48,433 nt of DNA from Xylographa opegraphella (Eukaryota): positions 124,001 through 172,433 of the forward strand of contig JALDZX010000045.1 in assembly GCA_022813865.1 (NCBI GenBank), given 5' to 3'. Made by a program: the position numbers and the translations under genes. The notes beneath the pieces were generated by a model. The model saw only the letters and a program-made list of their open reading frames with translations, was not told the origin of the DNA and searched no databases. Shown here one piece after another: positions 1 to 11,324 of the stretch; position 1 is the stretch's first letter, and each line of letters begins with the position of its first letter.

Positions 1-1
1 C

Positions 2-2870
2 GCCGCAAGGGCAGAAGGCTTACGAGAAGTTATCGCTGCAGGCTCGGGGACTAAAGCGCAACGAAAGGGCCATATTCTCTATGATTTCATGGCACAGGGA
101 AATGATGAGGTGACGGTGGCTGTTGGCGACGAGGTGATTGTCCTCGATGATAGTACAGAAGAATGGTGGCAAGTACGGCGTCTCAAAAATGGGAAAGAGG
201 GAGTGGTGCCTGGCAGTTACGTGGAAGCCACAGGATTCGTCGCGCCAAATCCTCCGAGTAGTTCCGGCCTAAACGCAGGCCGGTCTACAACAGAAAAAAA
301 CCGACTTGAGGAAGACCGTCAGACTCGGGAAGCTATCAGGCTCTCAAAGAAAAGTGAAGGCACTGAATCAAAGGGTTCAGAGGTAGGCCCAGGAGTGAAA
401 TTGCCCACAAGAGGTAGCAGCTTGATGGGAGCTCAAGATAATAACGATTCGTCTTTACAGCAAAACAAGCGAGATAGCCGCTCCAGCACCAAGCCGAGTA
501 CATCTTCGTCCTCGAAGTCAAGTATGTTTCCTTTCCGGATGTGTGAACTTTGACTGACACAAGTACAGAGCCTGAGGTAGGAAGAACCCGTACGTGGACG
601 GATAGATCTGGGTCTTTCAAGGTTGATGCAGAATTCATTGGTTTGAAGGATGGAAAAATCCATCTACACAAGCTTAACGGAGTAAAAATCGCAGTACCTG
701 TTGTAAAGATGGCTATCGAAGACCTTGAATATGTTGAAAAGATGACGGGCGTATCGCTCGACGAAGATAAGCCTCTTTCAGACATTCGACGAAAAAGCCA
801 GAAAGAAACTCAAGCAAAGGAAAACGGCAAGGTACAGTCCTCGAACGCATCTGAATCTAATATATCGGCACTACTGGCAGCACAACAGACAAAAAAACCC
901 GACTACGACTGGTTCGATTTCTTCTTGAAGTGTGGCGTCAGCCCTTATCACTGCGACAGGTATAGCTCAGCTTTCAATCGTGACTCCATGGATGAAAGTG
1001 TACTTCCTGATATTACCCCACCAGTGATGCGTACACTTGGTTTAAAAGAAGGGGACATTCTCAAAGTTATGAAATATCTCGACAGTAAATTCGGCCGCTC
1101 TAACACCAAGTCAAAGTTGCGAAATGTTAGCTTTGGAGGCGAAGAATACTTCGGGAATGAAGATGGAAATGGCGCTGCAACGTCTCCAGGAGGGGGATTG
1201 TTTTCCGGTCCTGGCGGAGCTTTAAGAAACAACACACGAAAGGGACGTCCAGCTCCTACTGTCCAGACGAATGATACCGTTGATCCGGAAGCCTTCAAGC
1301 AAAGGGGCGAGGCGTCGCCCCCAAAACCTGTTGCAAAGGACAAATCTATCACACCATTAGCATCCGTTCCACCACCCGTAAGTAAGAGTTCTGGTGGTTT
1401 TGACGATGACGCATGGGACGTAAAGCCTTCGAAGCAGCGAAGAACCGATACACTGCCACTGACTGTCACGACCCCTGCGCCTACTGTGGCTACCCCTCAG
1501 CCTAAGCCCGCCACCGCGCCATCATCTCAACCTGCGTTGACTGGAACAATGGCAGACCTCTCCTTGCTTTCGCAGCCCTTGCAGCCTGTGGTAGCACACA
1601 ACATGGGGCAATCCTCCGCGACTCAAAATCAGCAACAGATAGGGCCACAGCAGACAGCCCAACAACAGGGACAGTTCCAAAACCCAGTACAGCAGCAACC
1701 ACTACCCACTATGCCTCAACAACAGCAAGCTCAACCGTTGCAGCAGCCCCCTGGAGCGTCTCCATCTTTCTTTGCCTCTCTCGGGCCCCAAACGAGCGGC
1801 GGACAGCAGCAATTAAATTATGGTTCACAGCCTCAATTTCCTCAAGTTTTCAATGCACAACCTACTGGCATAAGTCAACAGCAGAACTATAACCCCCAAC
1901 AGCAACAGCAACAACCACCGCAACCTCAGAGCTTGAACCCACAATCCACAGGATTCAATCAACCCCAATTCCAGCTCAATTCAGCGCCACGCCAGCGGCC
2001 ACAGGCCCCACAGTTCAACCAACAAGGCTCATTGATGCCTCCACCACCTCCCAGACCGCTGTCAGCGCCACAAAATGTCTCGACACAGAATAACTTCGGA
2101 CCTCCGCCGTTGCAACCGCAGCTGACTGGTGTTCCTATCCAAAATGGCTTTCAAAATCCAAATACCATGCCTGGTCAAAGTTTAAATGATCTCAATAAGA
2201 TGCGGATTCAGCAACAATTTCCGCAGCAATTGCCATTACAGAACCAATATACTGGATTTATGCAACCAAACCAGCCGCAGAATCAATTTAGCCACGGTTT
2301 CAGCCAACAGCCAAATCTCTATGGACAGCAAGCACAGCTTCAGCCGCAAATGACAGGCATTCAGCCTTCGCCTTTGTACCTTAATTCACAACAGACAGGT
2401 AGCCCGTTTGCTGATCCTCGGTCCCCCCCTCCTGGAATGTCTCAGCCTCAGTCAGCAAGTCTTACTGGATTCGCTCCGTCGATCTACAACCCACTTATTT
2501 CACAGCAAACGGGATCGATCAATTCGGGATTACCGCCTGCATTGCAGCCCCAGCAGACCGCTATGAGTGGCTTCAACCAGGCCGGATTTGGCCAGTCACA
2601 GCAGCAGCCTGGTGTGCCCCCATTGCCACCTATGCCTGCTATAACTCAGCCACAAGCACTGGCGCCTCTACAGCCGCAAAAGACCGGGCCCGCCCCTCCA
2701 GTTAGATTTGGGGTGGCGCCAGAGGCGAAAACACTCTTACCTCAAGCTACAGGACGGAGAGCCAATTTGTCTCATGCCAGTGAGTACTTGTCCCAGTGAC
2801 GTATTAATTGTGGTGCAAGCAGAGGTGCTAATTCGTCCTGGTAGCGCCTCAAAACCCATTTGGCTTCTGA
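2..2870 (+). CDS. SLA1: Actin cytoskeleton/endocytic adaptor Sla1, 5'-truncated by the window edge. Exons <2-521, 569-2779, 2845-2870
   Basis: SH3 domain (ILYDFMAQGNDEVTVAVGDEVIVLDD..EEWW..GVVPGSYV), SHD1 (TRTWTDRSGSFKVDAEFIGLKDGKIHLHKLNGVKIAVPV), SHD2/SAM-like region (DWFDFFLKCGV..MRTLGLKEGDI), Q/P-rich LxxQxTG repeats. Removing introns 522-568 (GTATGT..CTGAC..CAG) and 2780-2844 (GTGAGT..CTAAT..TAG) restores the frame and gives the typical end RRANLSHATPQNPFGF*. Confidence 0.95.
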
Positions 2871-3662
2871 ATCTGCCGACTTCGAGAATTACTTCATGAT
2901 CGTCGCAGGACATCAGAATGTCACGGCCTTGTCTTGTATATAGATATATCACCTGGTTATCCCGGTCTGCATTCAGCATTTCGGGCGTTTTTCTGACGTG
3001 ATTGTGGTGTGCGATTTGTAGATACCGTTTCTTCCGCTCATTTCATTTTTAAGCGTGTCACGTTCGAGATAATATTCTTTAAGGCATACTGGCACGGATG
3101 AGCGATGTCGACTTATGGATGTACAGGATGGATTCTGGGAGGAGAGTGGAGGGGAAATTCGATTTGTTGATTGTGTGACCAGTTAATATAGATACAGTGT
3201 CACGTAGTCTCTAGGCGCTATAGTCATATATAATTTCCCAAGTCATAGCAGTACACGCCTGTTGACTGGCTATTGATGTCGCCGCTTTATTTCTGTGCTA
3301 ACGTCATTGTCACCTCTCCAACTTCCCTATGCTGTCTCTTTCCTCCTGACTCTGTCTCACGCCGTAACCTACTGTGCTGGCATAATTGACGCTATGCTCA
3401 GCTGCGATCATTCCAGTTGTGAAAGTGGCAACCACAATGCTCACAACTCGAGTAACTCCGTGCAATGAAACCTGTCGGCTCAAAGACGATACTCCACACC
3501 ATGAAAGACGGACCACACAAAGTAGGTCCCTTGCCGGAGAAAAAGCCACTGAAGACAGGCGCACAACCGACGTCCAAACCATCATCATAGCAAGCCTTCC
3601 AGACATGTACATGGGTGCCCCACGAAACTGATGTACCATATACACCACACCCTACCGTCGTT

Positions 3663-5444
3663 TTACAACCGCATCCCTAGCTTGAAACCCCCGGGCACCT
3701 GTGTCTGGAACACACCCTTGGGATCATACTTCCTGCTCGCGGCCCTCAAGCGCGCCACGTTCGCCGGTCCGTAGCTCCCGATCGGATCCTGGCTCGGGTC
3801 CGCGTAGTTGATGTATACGAACCGATGCAAGAGGCCCATCCGCCGCGCGATGTCGGCTGCGTCTCGCATCATTTTCTGAGCGACCTGCTCTACGCGCCTG
3901 TTGGAGGCAGAGTCGGTCCAGATGCCTGCGAGGAGCAAAACTGGGTTCTCGTCAGCCGCGTGTGGGGCTTTGGGCGCGCTGAGTGTGAGTCGATTCGGAT
4001 GGGTACTTACTGATTGCGTTTCCGTCTTTCGGGAAGGTGCCGAGCGAATTTCCGCCTTTGAGGTCGCCGTGCTGGACAGTGGCAGTGGGGAGGGGTTCGA
4101 ATGCTAGGCTCCACAGGATGCCGTTGGGGATGTGGAAGTCGTACATGGTGGCGTTGAGGCTGTCGAAGATGGCGCTGAGAAGGGGAGCGGAGACGCTGTA
4201 GGTGCCGGTGAGGAAGGCCCAGTCGCTGAATGTGGGAAGTTGGTGTCAGCAATTGAGCCGAGTGGTTTGGTAGAAAGTGGAAGACTTGGTTTCATTTTAG
4301 GTGAGACGATAATGGAAGAGCGGAATATGAGAACGTGGTATGACCTACAGTGGTGGTGTCGGCGCTTCGGCCGTTAGGGTGCTGAGATTGGTAATATGCT
4401 GCGTGTTAGCAATGGTGGGTATCGAGAGCAGTTCATCATAAACCGGCGGATTCATAATAGGCTTAGTATAGATGGCCGTGGTAGATAAGGTCCAAGCTTT
4501 GCTTGTCGAGTTGAAGACAAGTCCCATGACGAGAGAGGCGTAGATGTCATACTTAGGGGCACCGGCGATATTGGCGAAAGCTTTGAACACCTCATCGCGA
4601 TGCGAAATATCTTGGACTATATTCCCACCAAGAATATCACCTTGAGAGAAAGCGGTCAGGTCGAAGCGAGTGACGATGCCGAAATTGTTCCACCCGCCTT
4701 TGAGAGCTCGAAAAAGGTCGGGGAGCGAGGTCGCGTTGGCATTGGTGAGCTTTCCAGACGCAAGAACGATCTAGAGCGTAAGCTGGTAAGCTCTATAATG
4801 GCTTTTTGTTATAGGACGAACTTCAAAATTGACAACAGTGTCGCATGCCCAACCTACGCGCGGCGCGAAGTAAGAGATGCCACCACCTAGAGTCAGCCCT
4901 CCAACGCCCACAGCTCCATTTCGTCCTCCGGCGACAGATAGTCCCAAAGCGTCGAGGTAAAGGTAGACGTCCAACCATGATACCCCAGATCCAACGCTGG
5001 CCACCGTATTATCACTGTTGACTGTCACAGATTTCAGACTCGTCATGTCGATGGTCATGCCGGTGTTAATGTTAGCGAACCCCGCTGCTGGTGCATGACT
5101 TTGGCCTTTGATGGCGAAGTGGCAACCCGCGATCCCAGATATGATAGAGACGGCTTCCGCAACGTCTTTTGAGGTCTCTGGTACAAGTATGCAGGCTGGG
5201 GAGAGTGTAGATTCCTGGAGGGACCAATATGACTCCTGCGTGGCGTTGTACGCAGGGTTACCAGGAAAAGACAACTTAGAGCCGAGAGTATTGGCAAGTT
5301 GCGCACACTAAAGAATACAAGAGCCAGTGAGTACAGGAACAGAAGTAGAGACACTAAACACGGAAACAACCTGAAGACGTTGAAACATACGCAGGTTGCC
5401 ACTGGCAGCGAAGGGAGCATAACAGGACTAAATGGTTGATCCAT
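3663..5444 (-). CDS. FAD-binding (PCMH-type, berberine-bridge-enzyme-like) oxidoreductase, multi-exon; true start uncertain and possibly further upstream
   Basis: Minus-strand exon fragments: YWSLQESTLSPACILVP..FAIKGQSHA (FAD-His motif)..VGVGGLTLGGGISY..GWACDTVVNFE | IVLASG..DLFRALKGGWNNFGIVTRFDL; C-terminal YINYADPSQDPIGSYGPANVARLRAASRKYDPKGVFQTQVPGGFKL, typical of this family. Confidence 0.9.
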
Positions 5445-7041
5445 ATTTTGAAGTTATGAGATAAGATAATCAGACGGAAGAAAAACTACTTGAGATTTTG
5501 TACCTCGAGCGCCAGCAACATGAATAATAACGTTATGATGAGAATTTAGCCTCGACCCCGCGAATGAATTGCTTATACAGGCTATACGATCACACTAGCA
5601 CATGAGTTGGAAGACCAAATACGACTTCAAAAGTTACATCACTGGCTGATTGGACAACTGGTTATAGCATCGGTAAAATGTGCGACTTGGATCCGGCACT
5701 CTTCTCCGTTGAGCAGGAGAGAATTGCGGAGAGTCCACAGAACCTCGCAGTATATACATTGAGACTAGGAGAACCCAGATGATCAACGAGCGAAATGGCA
5801 ATTCCAGTGATATCATTCGCAGCCGAACTAAAATTTATCGTAGGTCCTCAGTCTTGAGTCGAGCTCAATTCAAACATTTGCCTGTAACAAAATCGTTGTA
5901 TGCTTTACACTCGGCGCTAGTCCGTTTATGGAGCGGTCCGAGAGGTCGTAAGGAGATATATATCGATTTTCCATTCAGATCAAACCTCGTGGTTCGCGAC
6001 TTTGGAAGACATGTAGCAGCGCATAGAAAGGAATCGGTTTCTGCTTCGCTTGATCGTCCAGCTTGATTAATATGCATGGCTCGAATTCACAAGGAAGTCA
6101 GTGATTCTCCACACCCCGTAGAGAATCGAGCTCGACCTGAAAGAATGGTGCCTGTCCTCGCAAGATCTTAGGCTACCAATGTTCCCTTAAAATCGGCTTT
6201 ATAGGCCTCTGTTCAGTGCAGCCAGTACGCGAACCGGTGGTAAAGGCAAGGCTTTGATGCAGTCGGTAGCCCAATCGGCTGCAGAAGCAAGGTCTGATAT
6301 ATCGATTAGGCCGTTATGGCAGCCATTGGTATGCCACCGCTGGTCGCACATTGTGCCATTTGATCAAGGGTTTTCTTCGGCTCAAGGCCTGAAATCGCCG
6401 CAAGCATTTCAATGCAAATGAAGTGGCAGTGAACATTGGCAGAGTAGCTTTGCCACCCAATCAGAAAACAAAAGCGCCGACAACACAACGCATGGCAAAA
6501 TGCAAAGCTATCGGACCTATAACGTAGATGAAGCAGAGAGAAATCGGGCTGTGAGTAGAATTGTATCACTCAAATTCTTACATTTCATAACCTCCCAGAA
6601 GTAAACAACAAGCAGCCTTGAACCGGGAACAAAACTGCAAAACCAAGAAACTTTCCCGCTGTTCCATAGTCCAGACTTAGTAATCCAAGTCAACGTCAAT
6701 GAAAATACATGCTTCACAGGAGGCCAAAGCCGTTGCCATATATACTGTCAATAGCAAAGGTGTCGAAATAGACCTAATCCATTCTTGAACCTTACTACTA
6801 TATACGGAAACGTTCTCGAGCAATTTATTTTAAGAAATTCCAAACGAATGATGTTCTCCCTTGAGCATATCCAAGGTCTTTGCTGTAGCCGTCACTTGAG
6901 TTGTTCTTGGAATGACCATGGTGCGCAGATATGGGTATAAAACAAAGACACAGAATACAAGCGTTAAACATACCCCGACGGAGTCGTACCACACCCAATA
7001 AGCAATTCGAATTCGCACACAGCGGCGTCCTCGCCCTTGGT

Positions 7042-8883
7042 TTATATTGTCTGTCGTAACATCTCCTCGATCTCATACGAGAGACCTGGGTAGTACGCGC
7101 CGACCAAATCTACAATCTCGGCACTCCCAACCAGACTAGGGTTGAGCGCTCCCTTTTTGTACCTCCTCTTTGCAGGATTCAGAAATGCTACCTCGTTCAG
7201 CGGGATCTCGTCCCGTTTCAGAAGATCAGTCAAATGCTTGATGGTTTCCACCTTCTTTGCCAGTATCTTCAGCTTTGAGAGGTTCCCGTCATTTTCGTCT
7301 TCGGAATCGGTGCCCAGCTTATGAACATCGGCTAGGTGCTCCTGGAATATAATCATATCCACCTCCTTGTTCGCGATGCTCTCCCGCAATTCCATGATAC
7401 GGCGGCGATGGAACTGCTTGTTGGTCGTATACGACGTCGCCGTCAGTTGCGGAATTATTCCCGGTTTTGCTTTGAACGTTCCTACCCACTCTTTACCACC
7501 ATCTCGCCACTCCTTCATCGTCCACGACGTCTTTATGGAGTCCGTAGCATCTACCTTGAAACCCGGATAGTCTGGTTCGACGATGCTTTTGGTGCCTTCT
7601 CCACCGATACGGTACAGCCAGCCGCCGAACAAAAGCGGAGCTGAGAAGTGCCTTGTGGCCGGATACACTTTGATATCGTATTTGGTATCGTTGTCGATTT
7701 TCGAAAGCGCTTCTTTATCACGTTGGATTTGGCTTGCCCAACTTTTGACTCGATCCTCGGCCTTCATCTGCTTGACTCTTGTCTGACTCACCCGGGTCTC
7801 AAGTATCTTGCATTGAGCTTCCCAATTGAGTTGAACGCGGATCAGCCGCTCTCGACAGCGGTCGTCTATCAGAATCATCTGATCCAACTTGTACGGTGTC
7901 ATCTGATCTATCGGCATCCCTTCTCGGTGGGAGACCGCATTTAGTATCCGAGATAGCCCGTTCCGGGACATTAATTCCTCAAATGCCGATACTTCCCCAG
8001 TTTCTTCGTCAACCGCTGGCTTGCTGTCCAGGAGGAAGTGAATAGGATCGAAGCCGAAGGTCTCGGCGAATTTTTGCTGTCTGTTTTCCAGCACCTTGTC
8101 ATACACACTTTCAGTTTGGTGCCGAGAGTACCTGTGCTTCTTGCGCTCTTTCGACAGTTCCTGATCCCAAAATTTGACTGTGAAGTTCGTGTTGACGACA
8201 ACGACGGATGCGAATAGGTTGGGCATACATTTCCGGTAATACTTAAGCATCTCGCCAAGCGTAGACGCAAAAGCGGTCTGAATGCTCATGATAAATATCA
8301 CGGAGTTGAGCCGCGCTTGTCCTTTGGATTCGGTATGCATCCGGTTCAACAGGGTGACGACCTCCATGATGTTTGCAAAATCATTGCCGTCACTATCATC
8401 CAATCCAGGTGAGTCGATGATCTGCAGATGCAATCTCGGATCTGCTGAGTCGACAGGCACCACTATCTCATCTTCGGGTTCAGCCCAGAGGGTGTCGAGC
8501 ATCGCTTTCTCAGAGGCCGGCAGTCGCACATCTTTGCCGCTTTTCGAATCGACCAGCTTGTAGCTGGTGAGTGGAACATCGAGCAAATATGATTTTGCCT
8601 CCGTCGTCTTGCTGGATATTCGGTTCCCTTCCGGCGCGTACTCGCCAGGAATCCGAGCAAGACTTCTGATCCGATTGATAAATGTACTCTTGCCCGTCTG
8701 AGTTGGGCCGATGATGAGGACATTTGCTGTCACGGGTGGGGACAGCTTACCCGATTGAGCACCGGTTCTCCTATAATCTTGTTCTCTCTTTGTGGAGTTA
8801 CCATCCTTGTTGAAATGCCTTCCGTTCTGATCGGACGCATGAGGTTGTCCGCTTTGACGCTCGCCTAAATGTAACCTGTGCAT
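7042..8883 (-). CDS. GTPase gene A (613 aa): TRAFAC-like P-loop GTPase (septin/AIG1/dynamin-like superfamily) followed by coiled coil, beta-rich domain and coiled coil; intronless
   Basis: Uninterrupted 613-aa ORF; G1 NVLIIGPTQTGKST, G2-like Thr (SSKTT), G3 IIDSPGLDDS, G4-like VVVNTNF; heptad-rich helices either side of a Trp/Tyr/Gly/Thr-rich segment. Confidence 0.85.
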   Translation of the reverse strand: MHRLHLGERQSGQPHASDQNGRHFNKDGNSTKREQDYRRTGAQSGKLSPPVTANVLIIGPTQTGKSTFINRIRSLARIPGEYAPEGNRISSKTTEAKSYLLDVPLTSYKLVDSKSGKDVRLPASEKAMLDTLWAEPEDEIVVPVDSADPRLHLQIIDSPGLDDSDGNDFANIMEVVTLLNRMHTESKGQARLNSVIFIMSIQTAFASTLGEMLKYYRKCMPNLFASVVVVNTNFTVKFWDQELSKERKKHRYSRHQTESVYDKVLENRQQKFAETFGFDPIHFLLDSKPAVDEETGEVSAFEELMSRNGLSRILNAVSHREGMPIDQMTPYKLDQMILIDDRCRERLIRVQLNWEAQCKILETRVSQTRVKQMKAEDRVKSWASQIQRDKEALSKIDNDTKYDIKVYPATRHFSAPLLFGGWLYRIGGEGTKSIVEPDYPGFKVDATDSIKTSWTMKEWRDGGKEWVGTFKAKPGIIPQLTATSYTTNKQFHRRRIMELRESIANKEVDMIIFQEHLADVHKLGTDSEDENDGNLSKLKILAKKVETIKHLTDLLKRDEIPLNEVAFLNPAKRRYKKGALNPSLVGSAEIVDLVGAYYPGLSYEIEEMLRQTI

Positions 8884-9725
8884 CTTTTAACAACCCCTAT
8901 CTAGCCAACGTCAGGTTTATGATCTGATAAGAGAGTTTTCTGGATAGATCATCTGCAGAAACTGGTCATAGGCGTAACAGTATTATCATTGGGACCTATT
9001 GTCATTATCAGCAAACGCCAACTTATTGCCTGTGTGGATGCCAAGAGCCAAAGTTTCTCCCTTGGTGACACTGGAGGCGCGATCGATGGGTGAGATTTAG
9101 CAGGCTAGAACTAAGGTAGACTACAAGAGGCCCGTGTTCAATAGCTTATCTAGTGTCACGCCTTTTGACTGAGCTGAGGATAGTTGTGCAGCCTATCCCA
9201 GAGGACCATGAGTGGATTAGGGCCCGACGTCGAACGCCACGAGTAACCGAACCTCAACCCTCTAATTTTCTGCTGTGACAAATTGATATGTCTTTCACAT
9301 TTCATTGGTCTTCCAGGTTCTGCGACACTAATCGCTGCCAGGCAACCAGTGCTGCAAACAAGAATGCCTGTCGGAGAGCCTCTTTCTGCAGCCTCGCACT
9401 CTTAAAAAGCTGATCACGAGGCTATCACTGAGGACAGACCGCGTCGTGCCAACCACCTCTTCTCCTTAGTGGTTGTGGAATCCCAACCTAAATATCTCTG
9501 GAGTGTACACTAATTCAGCCCCACGCCACCGGACATATCCTGGTAACCTTGGCTATGGAGTTAAGCTCAGTGATATCAGGTCCGTAAAATCACCGGACGC
9601 ATGTTGATTTGATTACTGGAAAATTGTTGATATATCCCATGTCTGTGATTATTGAAATCAATTAACCCCTAATAGTAGATTTCTGCTGATCTAGATTTTG
9701 GAGCTGGATCAGGCCGACGGAAACA
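8884..9725. promoter_or_regulatory. Probable bidirectional promoter between GTPase genes A and B
   Basis: 842-bp interval between the two divergent ATGs, with no ORF in the track. Confidence 0.5.
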
Positions 9726-11324
9726 ATGGATCAGGATAGGGATAGTGAATCAATCCCGCCCCCATACAGTCCACAGAACGAAACGAGTGAGATCAATGTG
9801 CTGATTGTGGGGGAGACGCAGCATGGTAAGAGTACATTGGTCCAAGCAATATCGTCGTACGCGGGAGCCGGATACGAAGACATTGAGATCGGAGACAATG
9901 GTCAGTCCTGTACTAAAGAAGTAGGCCGCTACTCCATCACCACCACGATTGACCAATATCAGCTTGTGGATCACAATGGCCATCCGGTTCTTGAGCAGTC
10001 ATGGAAACAATTGTACAAGCTGAAGGCACGCGACGCTCGAGTGGAGAAGGTCGTAGAGCCCCGGCGACGCTCACCAATCACGTTCAATTTCTTCGATACT
10101 CCAGGACTTGGTGACAGTGCGGGCCGGGACATGGAGATTATGGTGGATATCCTGGGTCAACTTGCAACTTTGAAGTATGTCAGCGCGATGATATATGTCC
10201 GCGCCGCCGACAAGCCCTTCAGCACTTCATTCGCCAAATTCTTCGACTATCTTCGACGCTCAATGCCGTCGCTATGCAACGGACTGATCATTCTCCACAG
10301 CAAATACACGACCGCGCAGTTAAATGAGGCCCTTGATCGTGGCGAGGAAGACCCAGAGGAGAACCGGCGGCAAACATTCGCAAAGAAGACTGGCCTTGAC
10401 CTGACCCACTTCTTCCTCGACAATGTACCGAGCGAGAGGAGCCCCTTCGCTCAACTTCGGACCCTTAACGAAACGTCAAACCTGCTGTCTCATATAGGGT
10501 CTCAAGTACCGCTGGAGGTTACCAATCTTCGTCTGCTAAAGACAGAGAGGATTCAGCGCTTCCAAAGCTTCGTTGCAAGCGATTTGAGGGAGCTGGCGAG
10601 ACGCCTGGAGGCCAGATGGGAAGAATTACGTAAGACCGCATCGATGGCGGAGCAATTGACGATGGACTCGGAGGCTGAAGCGACGAGATGTGAGGCGGCA
10701 ATCGAACGAATTGAACGTCAGATCAGCGATCTGAGCGGGTCGGGATTGGAGATACTGGGCACCAGGACCGTGGCACAGGACTACAAGATTTACAAGCATC
10801 TGATCAAGAACGCGAAGGTCAACCTAAAGGATCAAACGGTTTACTTTGAGGGCGACTGCAAAATCCAAGAGGTCCGCAAGTCCGCGTCCAGCAGCAGCAA
10901 ATGGGGAAACGAGAGCACTCGAGGCTCGAGCTGGAACGGCACGCTGTCATCGAACATGTTGAGAAGCATGCACGGTACCGCGACCTTCTACGGACGCACG
11001 TGCGATATCAATGCAAAGGAAATTGCGCTATTGAGAGCATCGGTGAGCCAGCAGAGCACACAGCTAGATTTCGTCCGGAACCAGGCGAAGAAGCTGAGAC
11101 GCCTGACCGGCGGCGACGAGGAGATGGTAAAGAAGCTTCGGTGCGGGATCGAGGCGTGCGATCGGCAGATCAAAGCGGCCGACAGCGAGCTGTATGAAGT
11201 GAGCGTGCACGAAAAGATCAAAGATCTGTACAAAGTGGACGGGAGGCCTTCGAGGCCAGCCGTGATTCAATTCATCGAGGCGCTCGATCCGCAGTTGGCA
11301 ATGCTAATGGTTTCGTACGGCTAG
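9726..11324 (+). CDS. GTPase gene B (532 aa): same module as gene A; intronless
   Basis: ATG in good context (AACAATGG); G1 NVLIVGETQHGKST, G2 QSCT, G3 FFDTPGLGDS, G4-like IILHSKY; HFFLDN matches HFLLDS of gene A; coiled coil and beta-rich insert collinear with gene A. Confidence 0.85.
   Translation: MDQDRDSESIPPPYSPQNETSEINVLIVGETQHGKSTLVQAISSYAGAGYEDIEIGDNGQSCTKEVGRYSITTTIDQYQLVDHNGHPVLEQSWKQLYKLKARDARVEKVVEPRRRSPITFNFFDTPGLGDSAGRDMEIMVDILGQLATLKYVSAMIYVRAADKPFSTSFAKFFDYLRRSMPSLCNGLIILHSKYTTAQLNEALDRGEEDPEENRRQTFAKKTGLDLTHFFLDNVPSERSPFAQLRTLNETSNLLSHIGSQVPLEVTNLRLLKTERIQRFQSFVASDLRELARRLEARWEELRKTASMAEQLTMDSEAEATRCEAAIERIERQISDLSGSGLEILGTRTVAQDYKIYKHLIKNAKVNLKDQTVYFEGDCKIQEVRKSASSSSKWGNESTRGSSWNGTLSSNMLRSMHGTATFYGRTCDINAKEIALLRASVSQQSTQLDFVRNQAKKLRRLTGGDEEMVKKLRCGIEACDRQIKAADSELYEVSVHEKIKDLYKVDGRPSRPAVIQFIEALDPQLAMLMVSYG

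Noticed and set aside
5634..7018. Short ORFs or possible pseudogene left of GTPase A
   Set aside because: Frames are interrupted by stops and show no motif I can support
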